Part shown: positions 31,294 through 41,478 of the stretch, one piece after another | Layout: every line of letters begins with the position of its first letter | Numbering within the stretch: position 1 is the first letter of the stretch | Assembly: GCA_963795115.1 (NCBI GenBank) | Contig: CAWCGH010000003.1 | Span: forward strand, 222,950-286,949 | Direction of reading: 5' to 3' | Length of the DNA: 64,000 nt | Origin: an uncultured Actinomycetota bacterium | Lineage (GTDB): Bacteria > Actinomycetota > Actinomycetes > Propionibacteriales > Nocardioidaceae | Made by a program: the position numbers and the translations under genes | The notes under the pieces: generated by a model | Database searches by the model: none | What the model saw: the letters and a program-made list of their open reading frames with translations, nothing else | What the model was told of the DNA's origin: nothing

Positions 31294-32973
31294 ATGACCC
31301 ACACCGATTCCGTCGGCACCGAGGGGACGATCTCCCCGGACGCGCCGCTGGAGCAGGAGAAGGCTCCGCAGGCCTCCAGAGTCCCGCACGCGGGTCTCGC
31401 CCTCGTGCTCATCCTCACCGCGCAACTGATGGTCGTGCTCGACTCGACGATCGCGAACATCGCGCTGCCCTACATCGGCTCCGACCTCGGCATCTCCCAG
31501 GCCAACCTGACCTGGATCGTGACGGGCTACGCGCTGGCCTTCGGTGGCCTGCTGCTCCTCGGCGGCCGTCTCGGCGACCTCTACGGACGCCGGCTGCTGT
31601 TCATCACCGGCCTCACCGTCTTCGCGGTCGGATCGCTGCTCGGCGGACTCGCCCAGAACGAAGCGCTGCTGCTCGGCTCGCGTGGCCTCCAGGGCGTGGG
31701 CGCCGCGCTCGCCGCACCTGCCGCACTGGCCCTGATCACCACGACGTTCCCGGCCGGACCCCAGCGCAACCGGGCGATGGCGGCGTACGCCACCATGTCC
31801 GGCATTGGTGCGGCCATCGGCCTGATCCTCGGTGGCTGGCTCACCGGTCTCGACCAGCCCCTGGGCGTCGACGGCTGGCGGCTGACCTTCCTCATCAACG
31901 TCCCGATCGGCCTGCTCGCTGCCGTCGCCGCCCCGCGGGTGCTGAAGGAGTCGGAGCGGCACACCGGCTGGCTCGACATCCCGGGCGCCATCACCGGCAC
32001 CCTCGGCCTGCTCGGCCTCGTGTTCGGCCTGTCCCGTGCCGGCGAGGAGGCCTACGGCTGGGACCACGTGCAGACGATCAGCTCGCTCGTCGCGGGTGTC
32101 ACCCTGCTGGTCGCGTTCCTGGTCATCGAGTCGCGGGTCGACCACCCGTTGCTGCCGATGCGGATCTTCGCCAACCGCACCCGGGCCACGAGCTTCGTGG
32201 CGATGATGATCGCACCGGCCGCGATGTTCTCGATGTTCTTCTACCTGAGCCTGTTCATCCAGCAGATCATGGGCTTCAGCCCGCTCGAGGCCGGCTTCGC
32301 GTTCCTGCCGTTCTCGTTCGGCATCGTGATCGGCGCCGGTCTCTCGTCCAACCTGGTGAGCCGGATCGAGCCGCGATTCCTCGCGGGCACGGGCACCCTG
32401 CTGGCCGGGATCTCGCTGTTCATGTTCTCTCGGATCACGGTCGACGACAGTCCGTCGGCGATCCTCGGCGCGCTCGGCGCCAACGAGTCGCTGGGCACGG
32501 GCGTGAACTACTGGACCGAGCTGTTCCCGTTCATCATCCTCATGGCGATCGGTATGGGCATGGTGTTCGTGCCGCTGACCCTGACCGCGGTGCACCACGT
32601 CAGGTCCGAGGACTCGGGCATCGGCTCCGGCGTGCTCAACACCATGCAGCAGGTCGGTGGTGCCCTCGGGCTCGCCGTGCTGAGCACGGTGGCGCTGCAG
32701 TTCACCAACAGTCGGGCCGACGAGATCGCCGGACCGCTGAAGGACGGGTTCAACCGGGCCGGCATCGACCCGACCACGCCGGTCCCGGGCACCGACTCGA
32801 CGCTGTTCGACATCGGGATCTTCCAGGGCACCTTCACCTCAGGGGCCAGTGCCGCGTTCCTCGTGGGTGCCTTCATGATGGTCGCCGCGTCCGCGGTGAT
32901 CTGGATCTTCCTCAACGTCAAGCACACCGAGCTTGCGACGGACGCCACTGAAGGCCCTGTGCACGTCGGCTGA
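31294..32973 (+). CDS. MFS efflux transporter, DHA2 (14-TMS) type
   Basis: MVVLDSTIANIALP, GGRLGDLYGRR, about 14 hydrophobic segments, QQVGGALG. Confidence 0.92.
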   Translation: MTHTDSVGTEGTISPDAPLEQEKAPQASRVPHAGLALVLILTAQLMVVLDSTIANIALPYIGSDLGISQANLTWIVTGYALAFGGLLLLGGRLGDLYGRRLLFITGLTVFAVGSLLGGLAQNEALLLGSRGLQGVGAALAAPAALALITTTFPAGPQRNRAMAAYATMSGIGAAIGLILGGWLTGLDQPLGVDGWRLTFLINVPIGLLAAVAAPRVLKESERHTGWLDIPGAITGTLGLLGLVFGLSRAGEEAYGWDHVQTISSLVAGVTLLVAFLVIESRVDHPLLPMRIFANRTRATSFVAMMIAPAAMFSMFFYLSLFIQQIMGFSPLEAGFAFLPFSFGIVIGAGLSSNLVSRIEPRFLAGTGTLLAGISLFMFSRITVDDSPSAILGALGANESLGTGVNYWTELFPFIILMAIGMGMVFVPLTLTAVHHVRSEDSGIGSGVLNTMQQVGGALGLAVLSTVALQFTNSRADEIAGPLKDGFNRAGIDPTTPVPGTDSTLFDIGIFQGTFTSGASAAFLVGAFMMVAASAVIWIFLNVKHTELATDATEGPVHVG

Positions 32974-32985
32974 CCCCGACTGACA

Positions 32986-33027
32986 GGAAGGCCGGGTCGA
33001 CTCAACACGAGTCGGCCCGGCCTTTCC
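32986..33027. terminator. Hairpin between convergent genes (probable bidirectional terminator)
   Basis: ggaaggccgggtcgactc-aacac-gagtcggcccggcctttcc. Confidence 0.75.
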
Positions 33028-33032
33028 GGCGT

Positions 33033-34058
33033 TCAGGACTCGTCCGGGTGCGCGTCGGAACCTTCGAGAGCGCGAGCCACCGCCCTGCTGAGCTCGAGCG
33101 CCCGGCGTGCCCACGCTGGGTCGGCGCCGGCCAGCCCGCAGGTCGGCGAAACAACCACGTGCGAGCCGACTTCGGCCGGATCGAGACCGACCAGATCCAG
33201 CCAGCGCAGCACCTGCTCGACCAGCGCCGTGACGCTCGGCGCGGACGACGACGCCTGGGTCGGCACCACGCCGAGCGCGACTGTCTCCCCTGCCTCCAGC
33301 GCCTCGGCGAGGGCCTCGTGGCCGTCGGCTCCGACGAGGGACAGGTCCACGGCCAGTCCGACGGCGCCCGCACCGCGGAGCAGGGCGAGCGGGGCTTCGG
33401 GGGCGCAGCAGTGGACCCACGGCTCGGCACCGGCATCGCGGACCGCACTCAGGACCCACCCCAGAGCCTCGCTCGCCTCGGGCGGGTGGACCGTGCGGTG
33501 CCGGCCGAAGCCGGACGCCGTGGGCACCGCACCGGCGAGTACGGCGGGCAGGGCGGGCTCGTCGACCTGGACGATGATCCGGGCGGCCCGCGACAGGCGG
33601 CGTCGTACGTCGGACACGTGGTCGGCAACGCCCGCGGCCAGCGCCTGCGCGAGGTCACGCCGGGCACCGTGGTCGGCCAGCACCTTGTCGCCGCGCGGCC
33701 GCTCGACCGTCGCGGACAGCGTCCACGGCCCGGCGACCTGCACCTTGAAGCTGCCGGCGTGGTCGGCCGCCTGGTCCTCGAGCCCGTCGAGATCCTGGTG
33801 GAGCAGGCTGCGGGCGCGGCGCTGGTCGAGCGCGGGGGCACCGGAGGTCCCGGTCAGTCGCCAGCCGACGGGCTGCAGGTCCGCGTCGAGCTCGGTGACC
33901 AGCCCGAGCGTGCGTCCGACCATCCCCGCGATGACACCGCGGCCGGGCACCTCCGGCAGGAACGGCAGGTCGAGCTCGCCGATCACGACCCGAAGGGCCT
34001 CGTCGAAGTCGCGCTGGTCGGCCCCCGGGAAGGAGCCGACACCAGTTGCGAGCGTCAC
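33033..34058 (-). CDS. Methionine synthase II C-terminal-half ('core' MetE-like) protein
   Basis: [25 protein letters not shown], zinc ligands WVHCC and SPTCG; GTGA overlap with mnmA. Confidence 0.8.
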   Translation of the reverse strand: MTLATGVGSFPGADQRDFDEALRVVIGELDLPFLPEVPGRGVIAGMVGRTLGLVTELDADLQPVGWRLTGTSGAPALDQRRARSLLHQDLDGLEDQAADHAGSFKVQVAGPWTLSATVERPRGDKVLADHGARRDLAQALAAGVADHVSDVRRRLSRAARIIVQVDEPALPAVLAGAVPTASGFGRHRTVHPPEASEALGWVLSAVRDAGAEPWVHCCAPEAPLALLRGAGAVGLAVDLSLVGADGHEALAEALEAGETVALGVVPTQASSSAPSVTALVEQVLRWLDLVGLDPAEVGSHVVVSPTCGLAGADPAWARRALELSRAVARALEGSDAHPDES

Positions 34059-35164
34059 GCGGGGACCCGCTCGGTGGCGTCGATCGTCGCCGAGCCGACC
34101 ACCCGGCTCCCCTGGTAGATCACGGCGGCCTGCCCGGGAGCGATGCCGTAGGCGGGATCGAGCAGCTCGATCTCCACCCAGGCCCCGGCGTCGTCGACAC
34201 GCACCACCGCCCGGTGCTCGTCGCCGTGGGCGCGCAGCTGCACGGTGGCCTCGGACGTCGATCCGGGCGGAAGTGGCGCTCCGCACCAGCGCGGCTGGTC
34301 GGCGCGGATCCGCTCGACCGCGAGTCGCTCGCGCGGCCCCACGGTCACGGTGCCGGAGACGGGCTCGATGTCGAGCACGTAGCGGGGTCGCCCGTCCGCG
34401 GCCGGCCGCCCGATCCGGAGGCCCTTGCGCTGGCCGATCGTGAAGCCGTAGGTGCCCTCGTGCTCGCCGAGGACGTCGCCGGACTCGTCGATGATCGCCC
34501 CGCCCTGGTTGGGAACCCGATCACCGAGCTTCTCCCGGAGCCACCCCGCGTTGTCACCGTCGGCGACGAAGCAGATGTCGTGGCTGTCCGGCTTGTCGGC
34601 GACCAGCAGGCCCCGCGCGGCCGCCTCGCGGCGTACCTCGTCCTTGGGGGTGTCCCCCAGCGGGAAGAGCGAGTGCCGCAGCTGCCGCTCGTCGAGCACG
34701 CCCAGAACGTAGGACTGGTCCTTCCCGTGGTCGGCGGCGCGGTGCAGGTCCACTCCCCCGTCGACCGCCGACTCGAGCCGGGCGTAGTGACCGGTCGCGA
34801 CCGCATCGAACCCGAGAGCCAACGCCCGGTCGAGGACCGCGGCGAACTTGATCTTCTCGTTGCAGCGCAGGCACGGGTTGGGAGTGCGTCCGGCTGCGTA
34901 GGTGTCCATGAAGTCCTCGACCACGTCCTCGTGGAACCGGTCGGAGAGGTCCCAGATGTAGAACGGGATGCCGATCACGTCGGCCGCGCGGCGCGCGTCG
35001 TTGCTGTCCTCGATCGTGCAGCAGCCGCGGGCACCGGAGCGGTAGGACTTCGGGTTGCGCGACAGCGCGAGGTGGATGCCGGTGACCTCGTGCCCCGCCT
35101 CGACCGCGCGTGCAGCGGCGACGGCAGAGTCGACCCCACCGGACATGGCCGCGACGATCTTCAT
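34055..35164 (-). CDS. mnmA: tRNA 2-thiouridylase
   Basis: [36 protein letters not shown]. Confidence 0.97.
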   Translation of the reverse strand: MKIVAAMSGGVDSAVAAARAVEAGHEVTGIHLALSRNPKSYRSGARGCCTIEDSNDARRAADVIGIPFYIWDLSDRFHEDVVEDFMDTYAAGRTPNPCLRCNEKIKFAAVLDRALALGFDAVATGHYARLESAVDGGVDLHRAADHGKDQSYVLGVLDERQLRHSLFPLGDTPKDEVRREAAARGLLVADKPDSHDICFVADGDNAGWLREKLGDRVPNQGGAIIDESGDVLGEHEGTYGFTIGQRKGLRIGRPAADGRPRYVLDIEPVSGTVTVGPRERLAVERIRADQPRWCGAPLPPGSTSEATVQLRAHGDEHRAVVRVDDAGAWVEIELLDPAYGIAPGQAAVIYQGSRVVGSATIDATERVPA

Positions 35165-35197
35165 CGTGCCCCGCTCATCCCGCTCATCGCCGCTGCC

Positions 35198-36370
35198 TCA
35201 CGCGCGGGCCGCGCGCGCCCGCTCGACGCACGGGCCGAGCGCCTCCGCGACGGCGTCGACGTCGGCCTCGGTGCTGGTGTGGCCGAGGGAGAAGCGCAGC
35301 GAGCTGCGGGCCACGTCGGGATCGCGACCCATGGCGAGCAGGACATGGGAAGGCTGCGGCACACCGGCCGAGCAGGCCGACCCGGTGGAGCACTCGATGC
35401 CGCGGGCGTCGAGCAGCATCAGCAACGAGTCGCCCTCACAGCCGGGGAAGCTGAAGTGCACGTTGCCGGGCAGCCGGTCGTCCGCGCCGTTCAGGACGGC
35501 ATCGGGGACCGCGCGTCGTACGGCATCGACGAGGCGGTGACGCAGGCTCGTGAGCCGGACCGCGCTGTCGGCCTGCTCCTTGACCGCCATCTCGACGGCG
35601 GCCGCGAATCCGGCGACCGCAGGCACGTCGAGCGTCCCGCTACGGACGTCGCGTTCCTGGCCGCCACCGTGGACGAGGGCGGTGAGCTCGATCTCGCGGC
35701 GTACGACGAGCGCACCCACACCGAGCGGGCCACCCACCTTGTGCCCGGAGATCGACATCGCGTCGACACCGGAGGCCGCGAAGTCGACCGGGACCGCGCC
35801 GAGTGCCTGGACGGCGTCGCTGTGGACCGGAATCCCCTGGGCGGCGGCGCGCGCGACGACGTCGGCGATCGGTTGGATCGTGCCGACCTCGTTGTTGGCC
35901 CACATGACGCTCACGAGGGCGACGGTGGCGGGATCGCGGGCGATGCTCTCCGCGAGTGCGTCGGTGTCGATCCGGCCCATGTCGTCGACTGACAGCAGCT
36001 CGAGGTCGGCGTCCTCGTGCTCTGCCAGCCAGTGCAGCGGGTCGAGGACGGCGTGGTGCTCGACGGAGCTGGCGAGGATCCGGCGGCGTACGGGGTCGGC
36101 GGCGCGGCGCGACCAGAAGAGGCCCTTGACCGCGAGGTTGTCGGCCTCGGTGCCGCCGGAGGTGAAGACCACCTCGCCCGGCCGACAGCCCAGCGCCTGC
36201 GCAATCGTCTCCCGCGACTCCTCCACGACCCGCCTCGCCCGGCGTCCGGACGCGTGCAGCGAGCTCGCGTTGCCGACGTCGGCGAGGTGTGCGGTCATCG
36301 CCTCGACGGCCGCGGGAACCATCGGGGTGGTCGCGGCGTGGTCGAGGTAGACCGTCGGGGCGTCGTACAT
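35198..36370 (-). CDS. iscS: Cysteine desulfurase (IscS/NifS type)
   Basis: [20 protein letters not shown] (PLP lysine), RSGT, STGSACS. Confidence 0.92.
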   Translation of the reverse strand: MYDAPTVYLDHAATTPMVPAAVEAMTAHLADVGNASSLHASGRRARRVVEESRETIAQALGCRPGEVVFTSGGTEADNLAVKGLFWSRRAADPVRRRILASSVEHHAVLDPLHWLAEHEDADLELLSVDDMGRIDTDALAESIARDPATVALVSVMWANNEVGTIQPIADVVARAAAQGIPVHSDAVQALGAVPVDFAASGVDAMSISGHKVGGPLGVGALVVRREIELTALVHGGGQERDVRSGTLDVPAVAGFAAAVEMAVKEQADSAVRLTSLRHRLVDAVRRAVPDAVLNGADDRLPGNVHFSFPGCEGDSLLMLLDARGIECSTGSACSAGVPQPSHVLLAMGRDPDVARSSLRFSLGHTSTEADVDAVAEALGPCVERARAARA

Positions 36371-36550
36371 GGCGCCTCCAAGGGTACGGCGCAGGCGGTC
36401 CCGGCGCCGAACCAGAGTCGCTGGCGGTCAGCCCACCACGCGCAGCGCCGACAGCTTCTGCGCCGCGAGTCCCGTCGGGACCTTCACGGCATCGCGCCTC
36501 GGCTCACGCAACCGCCTGCGACGACCGACGTTTCGGGCTACGGTCGCAAT

Positions 36551-37321
36551 ATGCTCCACCAGCTCCAGCGCACAGCTCTCGTGCTCGTCGCATCGGCGGC
36601 ACTGACGCTCCCCGCGGTCGCGACGGCTGCGGCTCCAGCCCCCACCGAGGGGGCCCCGCCGTCACCGCGGTGGGCCGAGATCACGCGTAACGATGTCGGT
36701 TTCCGCTACCTGGCGTCCAAGCACGACAGCAACCTCACGGTCACCCGGGTCGGAGACCGCCTGGTGTTCAAGGACCGGGCACTCAAGCGCTTCCGGTCGC
36801 TGCCGGCGAGCTGTCGGAAGATCGCGGTGGACACCGGCATCGGTGCCAGCTGCCGGATCCCGGCCACGGCCACGCCGGCGAACCCGCTGCGGCTCGAGAT
36901 CTCACCGCAGGCGGGCAACGACCGGGTCAATGGGTCGTCACTCGGGGCGGAGTTCGAGATGCTCTTCCAAGGCGCGGCCGGCGACGACGTGGCCACCGGA
37001 GGAGCCGGCGACGACGAGCTCAACGGCGCACTCGACAACGATCGGCTGACCGGTGGCGCCGGCGCGGACTGGATCCGTCCCGGCCCCGGCAACGACATAG
37101 GGGACGGCGGCGACGGGGAGGACCGCCTTGTCGGCACCGACGGCGCCGACCACCTGTCCGGCGGCGAGGGCGAGGACCTCCTGGAGGGCGGCCCGGGCGA
37201 CGACACTCTCCTCGGCGGTCCTGCGTCGGACATCCTGCTCTGCGGCTCCGGATTCGACACCACGGACGACGACGGCGACCTGGACAGCCAGGTCCACCAT
37301 TGCGAGGCGGTCGTCCCGTAG
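36551..37321 (+). CDS. Secreted Ca-binding protein with RTX-type nonapeptide repeats
   Basis: Signal peptide; repeated GGxGxDxLxG (GGAGDDELNG, GGEGEDLLEG, GGPGDDTLLG). Confidence 0.85.
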   Translation: MLHQLQRTALVLVASAALTLPAVATAAAPAPTEGAPPSPRWAEITRNDVGFRYLASKHDSNLTVTRVGDRLVFKDRALKRFRSLPASCRKIAVDTGIGASCRIPATATPANPLRLEISPQAGNDRVNGSSLGAEFEMLFQGAAGDDVATGGAGDDELNGALDNDRLTGGAGADWIRPGPGNDIGDGGDGEDRLVGTDGADHLSGGEGEDLLEGGPGDDTLLGGPASDILLCGSGFDTTDDDGDLDSQVHHCEAVVP

Positions 37322-37372
37322 TGGGGGAGCCGCTCGTGATCGTCGGCGGCGCCTTCCCCTGGTAGTTCCGCG

Positions 37373-38488
37373 CTACAACAAGACCAGGTCGTCGCGGTGG
37401 ACGACCTCGCGTTCGTACGCCGCACCGAGCTCGCGCTTGAGGTCCTTGGTCGACCGGCCGAGCAGGTCGGGGAGCTCGGCGGCGTCGAAGTTGACCAGTC
37501 CGCGGCCGACGACGGCGCCGTCGGGGCCGACCAGGTCAACCGGGTCGCCGGCCACGAAGCCGCCGGAGACCGACGTGATGCCCGCGGCCAGCAGGGAGGC
37601 GTGCCGCTCGACGACCGCCCGTACGGCGCCGGCGTCGAGCACCACCGCACCCTTGGCCTCGGTCGCGTGGCGCAGCCACAGCTGCCGGGTCGGCCGGCGC
37701 CGGCCGCTGGCGTGGAAGAGGGTGCCGACCGGTTCGCCGGCGAGGGCGGCGGCGGCGTGCTCGGCCGAGGTGAGGACGACGGCAATGCCCGAGCCGGTCG
37801 CGATGCTCGCCGCGTCGAGCTTGGTCGCCATGCCGCCGGTGCCGACGCCGGCCGTGCCTGCGGCACCGATCGCGACGCCCTCGAGGTCGGCCGCTGACCG
37901 CACCTCCGGGATCAGGTTCGTACCGGGGCGGTGCGGTGGTCCGTCGTACAGACCGTCGACGTCGGACAGCAGGAGCAGCAGGTCGGCATGGACCAGGTGT
38001 GCGACCAGGGCCGCGAGCCGGTCGTTGTCGCCGAACCGGATCTCGGTGGTCGCGACTGTGTCGTTCTCGTTGACGATCGGGATCACGCCGAGCTCGAGCA
38101 GCTTGGTGAAGGTCTGGTGCGCGTTGCGGTAGTGCGAGCGGCGGGTGACGTCATCGAGCGTGAGCAGCACCTGCCCGGCCGTCAGCCCGTGCCGGGCCAG
38201 CTCCTCGGTGTAGCGATGCACGAGCAGCCCCTGACCGACGGATGCGGCGGCCTGCTGCGCGGCCAGACCGCGGGGTCGCTTCTTCAGACCGAGCGGAGTG
38301 AGACCGGCGGCGATCGCACCCGACGACACCAGGACGACCTCGGCACCGGCGGCCCGCGCGGCAGCGAGTACGTCGACCAGCGCGCTGATCCGGTGGGGGT
38401 CGATGCCGCCCTCGGCAGTGGTGAGCGAAGACGAGCCGACCTTCACGACGACCCGGCGGGCGCCGACCACGACCGACCGGTCAGTCAC
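37373..38488 (-). CDS. proB: Glutamate 5-kinase with PUA domain
   Basis: [33 protein letters not shown]. Confidence 0.95.
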   Translation of the reverse strand: MTDRSVVVGARRVVVKVGSSSLTTAEGGIDPHRISALVDVLAAARAAGAEVVLVSSGAIAAGLTPLGLKKRPRGLAAQQAAASVGQGLLVHRYTEELARHGLTAGQVLLTLDDVTRRSHYRNAHQTFTKLLELGVIPIVNENDTVATTEIRFGDNDRLAALVAHLVHADLLLLLSDVDGLYDGPPHRPGTNLIPEVRSAADLEGVAIGAAGTAGVGTGGMATKLDAASIATGSGIAVVLTSAEHAAAALAGEPVGTLFHASGRRRPTRQLWLRHATEAKGAVVLDAGAVRAVVERHASLLAAGITSVSGGFVAGDPVDLVGPDGAVVGRGLVNFDAAELPDLLGRSTKDLKRELGAAYEREVVHRDDLVLL

Positions 38489-40031
38489 CAGGGTCCTCTT
38501 CGAGCCAGGCTTCGTCGTCGGTCGCGTCCGGGTCTTCCACGGAGCCGATCTCGTAGGCGAGCGGGCCGTACTCCTCGGGCCGGTCAAGTCGGCGCGCGAC
38601 GTCGGCCCGGGTCTCGGTCTCGCCGCGCTCGGGCAGGGCCTCCTGGATGTCACGGCGGCGCTGGTGGGCCGGCCGTTCCTCCTGGAACCGCTCGTCCTGA
38701 CCGCGACGGGAGAGGTTCTCGGCACCGGCGTCGATGCCCGGCTTGAAGTCGAAGACCACCGAGTTGTCGGGGTGGCCGATGAGGACGGCGTCACCCTCCT
38801 CGGCACCGAGCTCGAGCAGCTTGGCCTCGATGCCGAGCCGGTTGAGCCGGTCGGCGAGGAAGCCCACGGCCTCGTCGTTGCTGAAGTCGGTCTGGCGCAC
38901 CCAACGCTCGGGCTTCACGCCTCGCACCCGCCAGCCGGCGCCGGTCTTGCGGACGGTGAACTCGTCGTCGTCGACGCCCTTCGGCCGCAGCACGATCCGC
39001 TCGACGACCTCAGCGGCCTTCTCGGCCCGGGCCGCGAGCACGATCTCGGCCATCGCGTAGATCAGGTCGCGGGTGCCCTCCCCCGACGCCGCCGAGATCT
39101 CGAAGACCCGCAGGCCGCGCTCGCGGAGCTCGTCGACGACCATCCCGGAGATGTCGCGACCGTCCGGCACGTCGACCTTGTTGAGGGCGACCAGCCGGGG
39201 CCGGCCGTCGAGCCCGCCGTAGCGCGCCAGCTCCGCCTCGATGACGTCGAGGTCGTCGACCGGGTTGCGGCCGGGCTCGAGCGTCGCCGTGTCGAGCACG
39301 TGGACCAGAGCGGCGCACCGCTCGATGTGACGCAGGAAGTCGTGGCCGAGACCGCGGCCCTCGGCCGCGCCCTCGATCAGCCCGGGCACGTCGGCGACCG
39401 TGAACGTGGTCTCGCCGGCAGTGACGACCCCGAGGTTGGGGATCAGGGTGGTGAACGGGTAGTCGGCGATCTTCGGCCGCGCGCGCGAGATCGCGGCGAT
39501 CAGGCTGGACTTGCCGGCGCTCGGGAAGCCGACCAGGCCGATGTCGGCGACGACCTTGAGCTCGAGAACGACCTCGAGCTCGTCACCAGGCTCGCCCAGC
39601 AGCGCGAATCCCGGAGCCTTGCGCGTCGCCGAGGCCAGCGCGGAGTTGCCGAGCCCGCCGCGGCCGCCCTGGGCGATCACCATCTCAGTGCCCGCGCCGA
39701 CCAGGTCGGCGATCAGCTCGCCGTTGGCGTCGTTGACCACGGTGCCGTCGGGCACGGGCAGGACCAGGTCGCCGCCATGCGTGCCGTTACGGCGGCCGCC
39801 GGCGCCGTGGCCGCCGTGCTCGCCGGTCCGCTTCGGACTGTGGTGGTAGTCGAGGAGCGTGGTGACGTCAGGGTCGACCCGCAGGATGACCGAGCCACCG
39901 GGGCCGCCGTTACCCCCGTCGGGGCCGCCGAGCGGCTTGAACTTCTCGCGGTGCACCGACGCGACGCCGTTGCCCCCGCGACCGCCGGCGACGTACAGGG
40001 TCACCCGGTCGACGAATGTGGGAACGGCCAT
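38481..40031 (-). CDS. obgE: GTPase ObgE/CgtA
   Basis: Gly-rich Obg fold, [24 protein letters not shown]. Confidence 0.97.
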   Translation of the reverse strand: MAVPTFVDRVTLYVAGGRGGNGVASVHREKFKPLGGPDGGNGGPGGSVILRVDPDVTTLLDYHHSPKRTGEHGGHGAGGRRNGTHGGDLVLPVPDGTVVNDANGELIADLVGAGTEMVIAQGGRGGLGNSALASATRKAPGFALLGEPGDELEVVLELKVVADIGLVGFPSAGKSSLIAAISRARPKIADYPFTTLIPNLGVVTAGETTFTVADVPGLIEGAAEGRGLGHDFLRHIERCAALVHVLDTATLEPGRNPVDDLDVIEAELARYGGLDGRPRLVALNKVDVPDGRDISGMVVDELRERGLRVFEISAASGEGTRDLIYAMAEIVLAARAEKAAEVVERIVLRPKGVDDDEFTVRKTGAGWRVRGVKPERWVRQTDFSNDEAVGFLADRLNRLGIEAKLLELGAEEGDAVLIGHPDNSVVFDFKPGIDAGAENLSRRGQDERFQEERPAHQRRRDIQEALPERGETETRADVARRLDRPEEYGPLAYEIGSVEDPDATDDEAWLEEDPGD

Positions 40032-40056
40032 GGGATCAGTCTTTCCTAAATAGATA

Positions 40057-40082
40057 GAGGGCGCCCCTTTCGGGACGCCCTC
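40057..40082 (-). terminator. Hairpin downstream of rpmA
   Basis: gagggcgtccc-gaaa-ggggcgccctc followed by tatctattt on the minus strand. Confidence 0.7.
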
Positions 40083-40105
40083 CGAAGCCTGTTGTCAGCT
40101 GAGCG

Positions 40106-40363
40106 TCACTCAGCCGCCGGCACGATGTTGACGACCTTGCGGCCGCGCTTTCGACCGAACTCAACCGCGCCTGCCTCCAGCGCGAACAGGGTGTCGTCAC
40201 CGCCACGTCCGACGTTGGAGCCGGGGTGGAAGTGGGTGCCGCGTTGACGGACGATGATCTCGCCGGCGTTGACGAGCTGGCCGCCGTAGCGCTTCACGCC
40301 GAGCCGCTGAGAGTTGGAGTCGCGACCGTTCTTGGTGGACGCCGCGCCCTTTTTGTGTGCCAT
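40106..40363 (-). CDS. rpmA: 50S ribosomal protein L27
   Basis: [24 protein letters not shown]. Confidence 0.98.
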   Translation of the reverse strand: MAHKKGAASTKNGRDSNSQRLGVKRYGGQLVNAGEIIVRQRGTHFHPGSNVGRGGDDTLFALEAGAVEFGRKRGRKVVNIVPAAE

Positions 40364-40406
40364 CTCTTAGTCCTTTAGAGGTGTGAGCCGACCTGACGGT
40401 CGAGTC

Positions 40407-40709
40407 TCAGAGCTTGATGTCGGTGACCTTGACCTGGGTGTACTTCTGGCGGTGACCCTGCCGCTTCTTGTAACCGGTCTTGTTCTTGTACTTCTGGATG
40501 ACGATCTTCGGGCCCTTGGTGGCGCCGAGGACCTCGACGGTCACCGCAGCCTTGTCGAGACCGGTGGTGGTGACGGTCTCGCCGTCGACCGTCATGACCA
40601 CGGGCAGCGTCAGGGTGTCGCCGACCGGCGTGGAGATCTTGTCGATCTCGATGATGTCGCCAACAACGACCTTCTGCTGCTTGGCGCCTGCGCGCACGAT
40701 CGCGTACAC
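40407..40709 (-). CDS. rplU: 50S ribosomal protein L21
   Basis: GTG start after AAGGAG; [13 protein letters not shown]...[18 protein letters not shown]. Confidence 0.97.
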   Translation of the reverse strand: MYAIVRAGAKQQKVVVGDIIEIDKISTPVGDTLTLPVVMTVDGETVTTTGLDKAAVTVEVLGATKGPKIVIQKYKNKTGYKKRQGHRQKYTQVKVTDIKL

Positions 40710-40826
40710 CGCGGTCTCCTTCGTCTGAACATCTGAGTCTTGGTCTGCGGCACACCACAGCCTCGTTCCGTGAGGACTGAGAGCGGGATGCCAGGCAGGC
40801 AGGCACGCGCAGCGCGCCGACGTTCC

Positions 40827-40855
40827 ATAGTACGGATCCCCGTCGGCCACGGCAA
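40827..40855 (-). promoter_or_regulatory. rplU-rpmA promoter
   Basis: TTGCCG-17 bp-TACTAT on the minus strand. Confidence 0.75.
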
Positions 40856-40869
40856 AACGCGAACCACCG

Positions 40870-41418
40870 TCACCGGGCGGTGCGGCGTCGGACGACCCCA
40901 AAGGCGATCAGGAAGATCCCCACGAGCGTGCCGCAGAGGCCGCCGGCGAACCCCGATACCCGGTGCCCGGAGGCGGTCAGGTGCACCGTGACGTCTCGGT
41001 TGTAGGCGGTGATCCCCGCGGGCTGCGCCTTCCCGACGAGGGTGTAGTCGCCGGCCTCGCTGACGACGAACTGGCTGACCGAGACCGGGGAGATGCCGTT
41101 CTCGTCGGTCCCACCATCGCAGTGGCCGGTGCGCTCGGGCGCGAGCGGCCGGCCATCGTCCCCCGGAATCAAGGTCAGCTTCATCGACTGGACCAGCGGA
41201 AACTCATCGGAGCTGTCGCACTGACCCGCGGTGGCCAGGTGGTTCTTGACGTAGATCCGGTACTCACCAGGGTCGAGGTGGACCTCGACCTCCCCTGGCG
41301 GGGTCATCTCGGTGCCGTCGACGGCGCGAAAGCTCATCGCAAACAGCCACCAGCCGAACAGGGAGGCCAGCAGCACCACGACCCCGACCAACGCGAATAT
41401 CTTGCGCACGAGCGCCAT
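40870..41418 (-). CDS. Hypothetical membrane protein (two terminal TM helices, extracytoplasmic loop with a Cys pair)
   Basis: Hydrophobic N- and C-termini with an RRR tail; codon pattern compatible with coding. Confidence 0.6.
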   Translation of the reverse strand: MALVRKIFALVGVVVLLASLFGWWLFAMSFRAVDGTEMTPPGEVEVHLDPGEYRIYVKNHLATAGQCDSSDEFPLVQSMKLTLIPGDDGRPLAPERTGHCDGGTDENGISPVSVSQFVVSEAGDYTLVGKAQPAGITAYNRDVTVHLTASGHRVSGFAGGLCGTLVGIFLIAFGVVRRRTAR

Positions 41419-41478
41419 CGAACCATCACCGTCGGCGCGCCGCATTCGCCGTTCGAATGATTCTCGCGAGTCGCTCGA

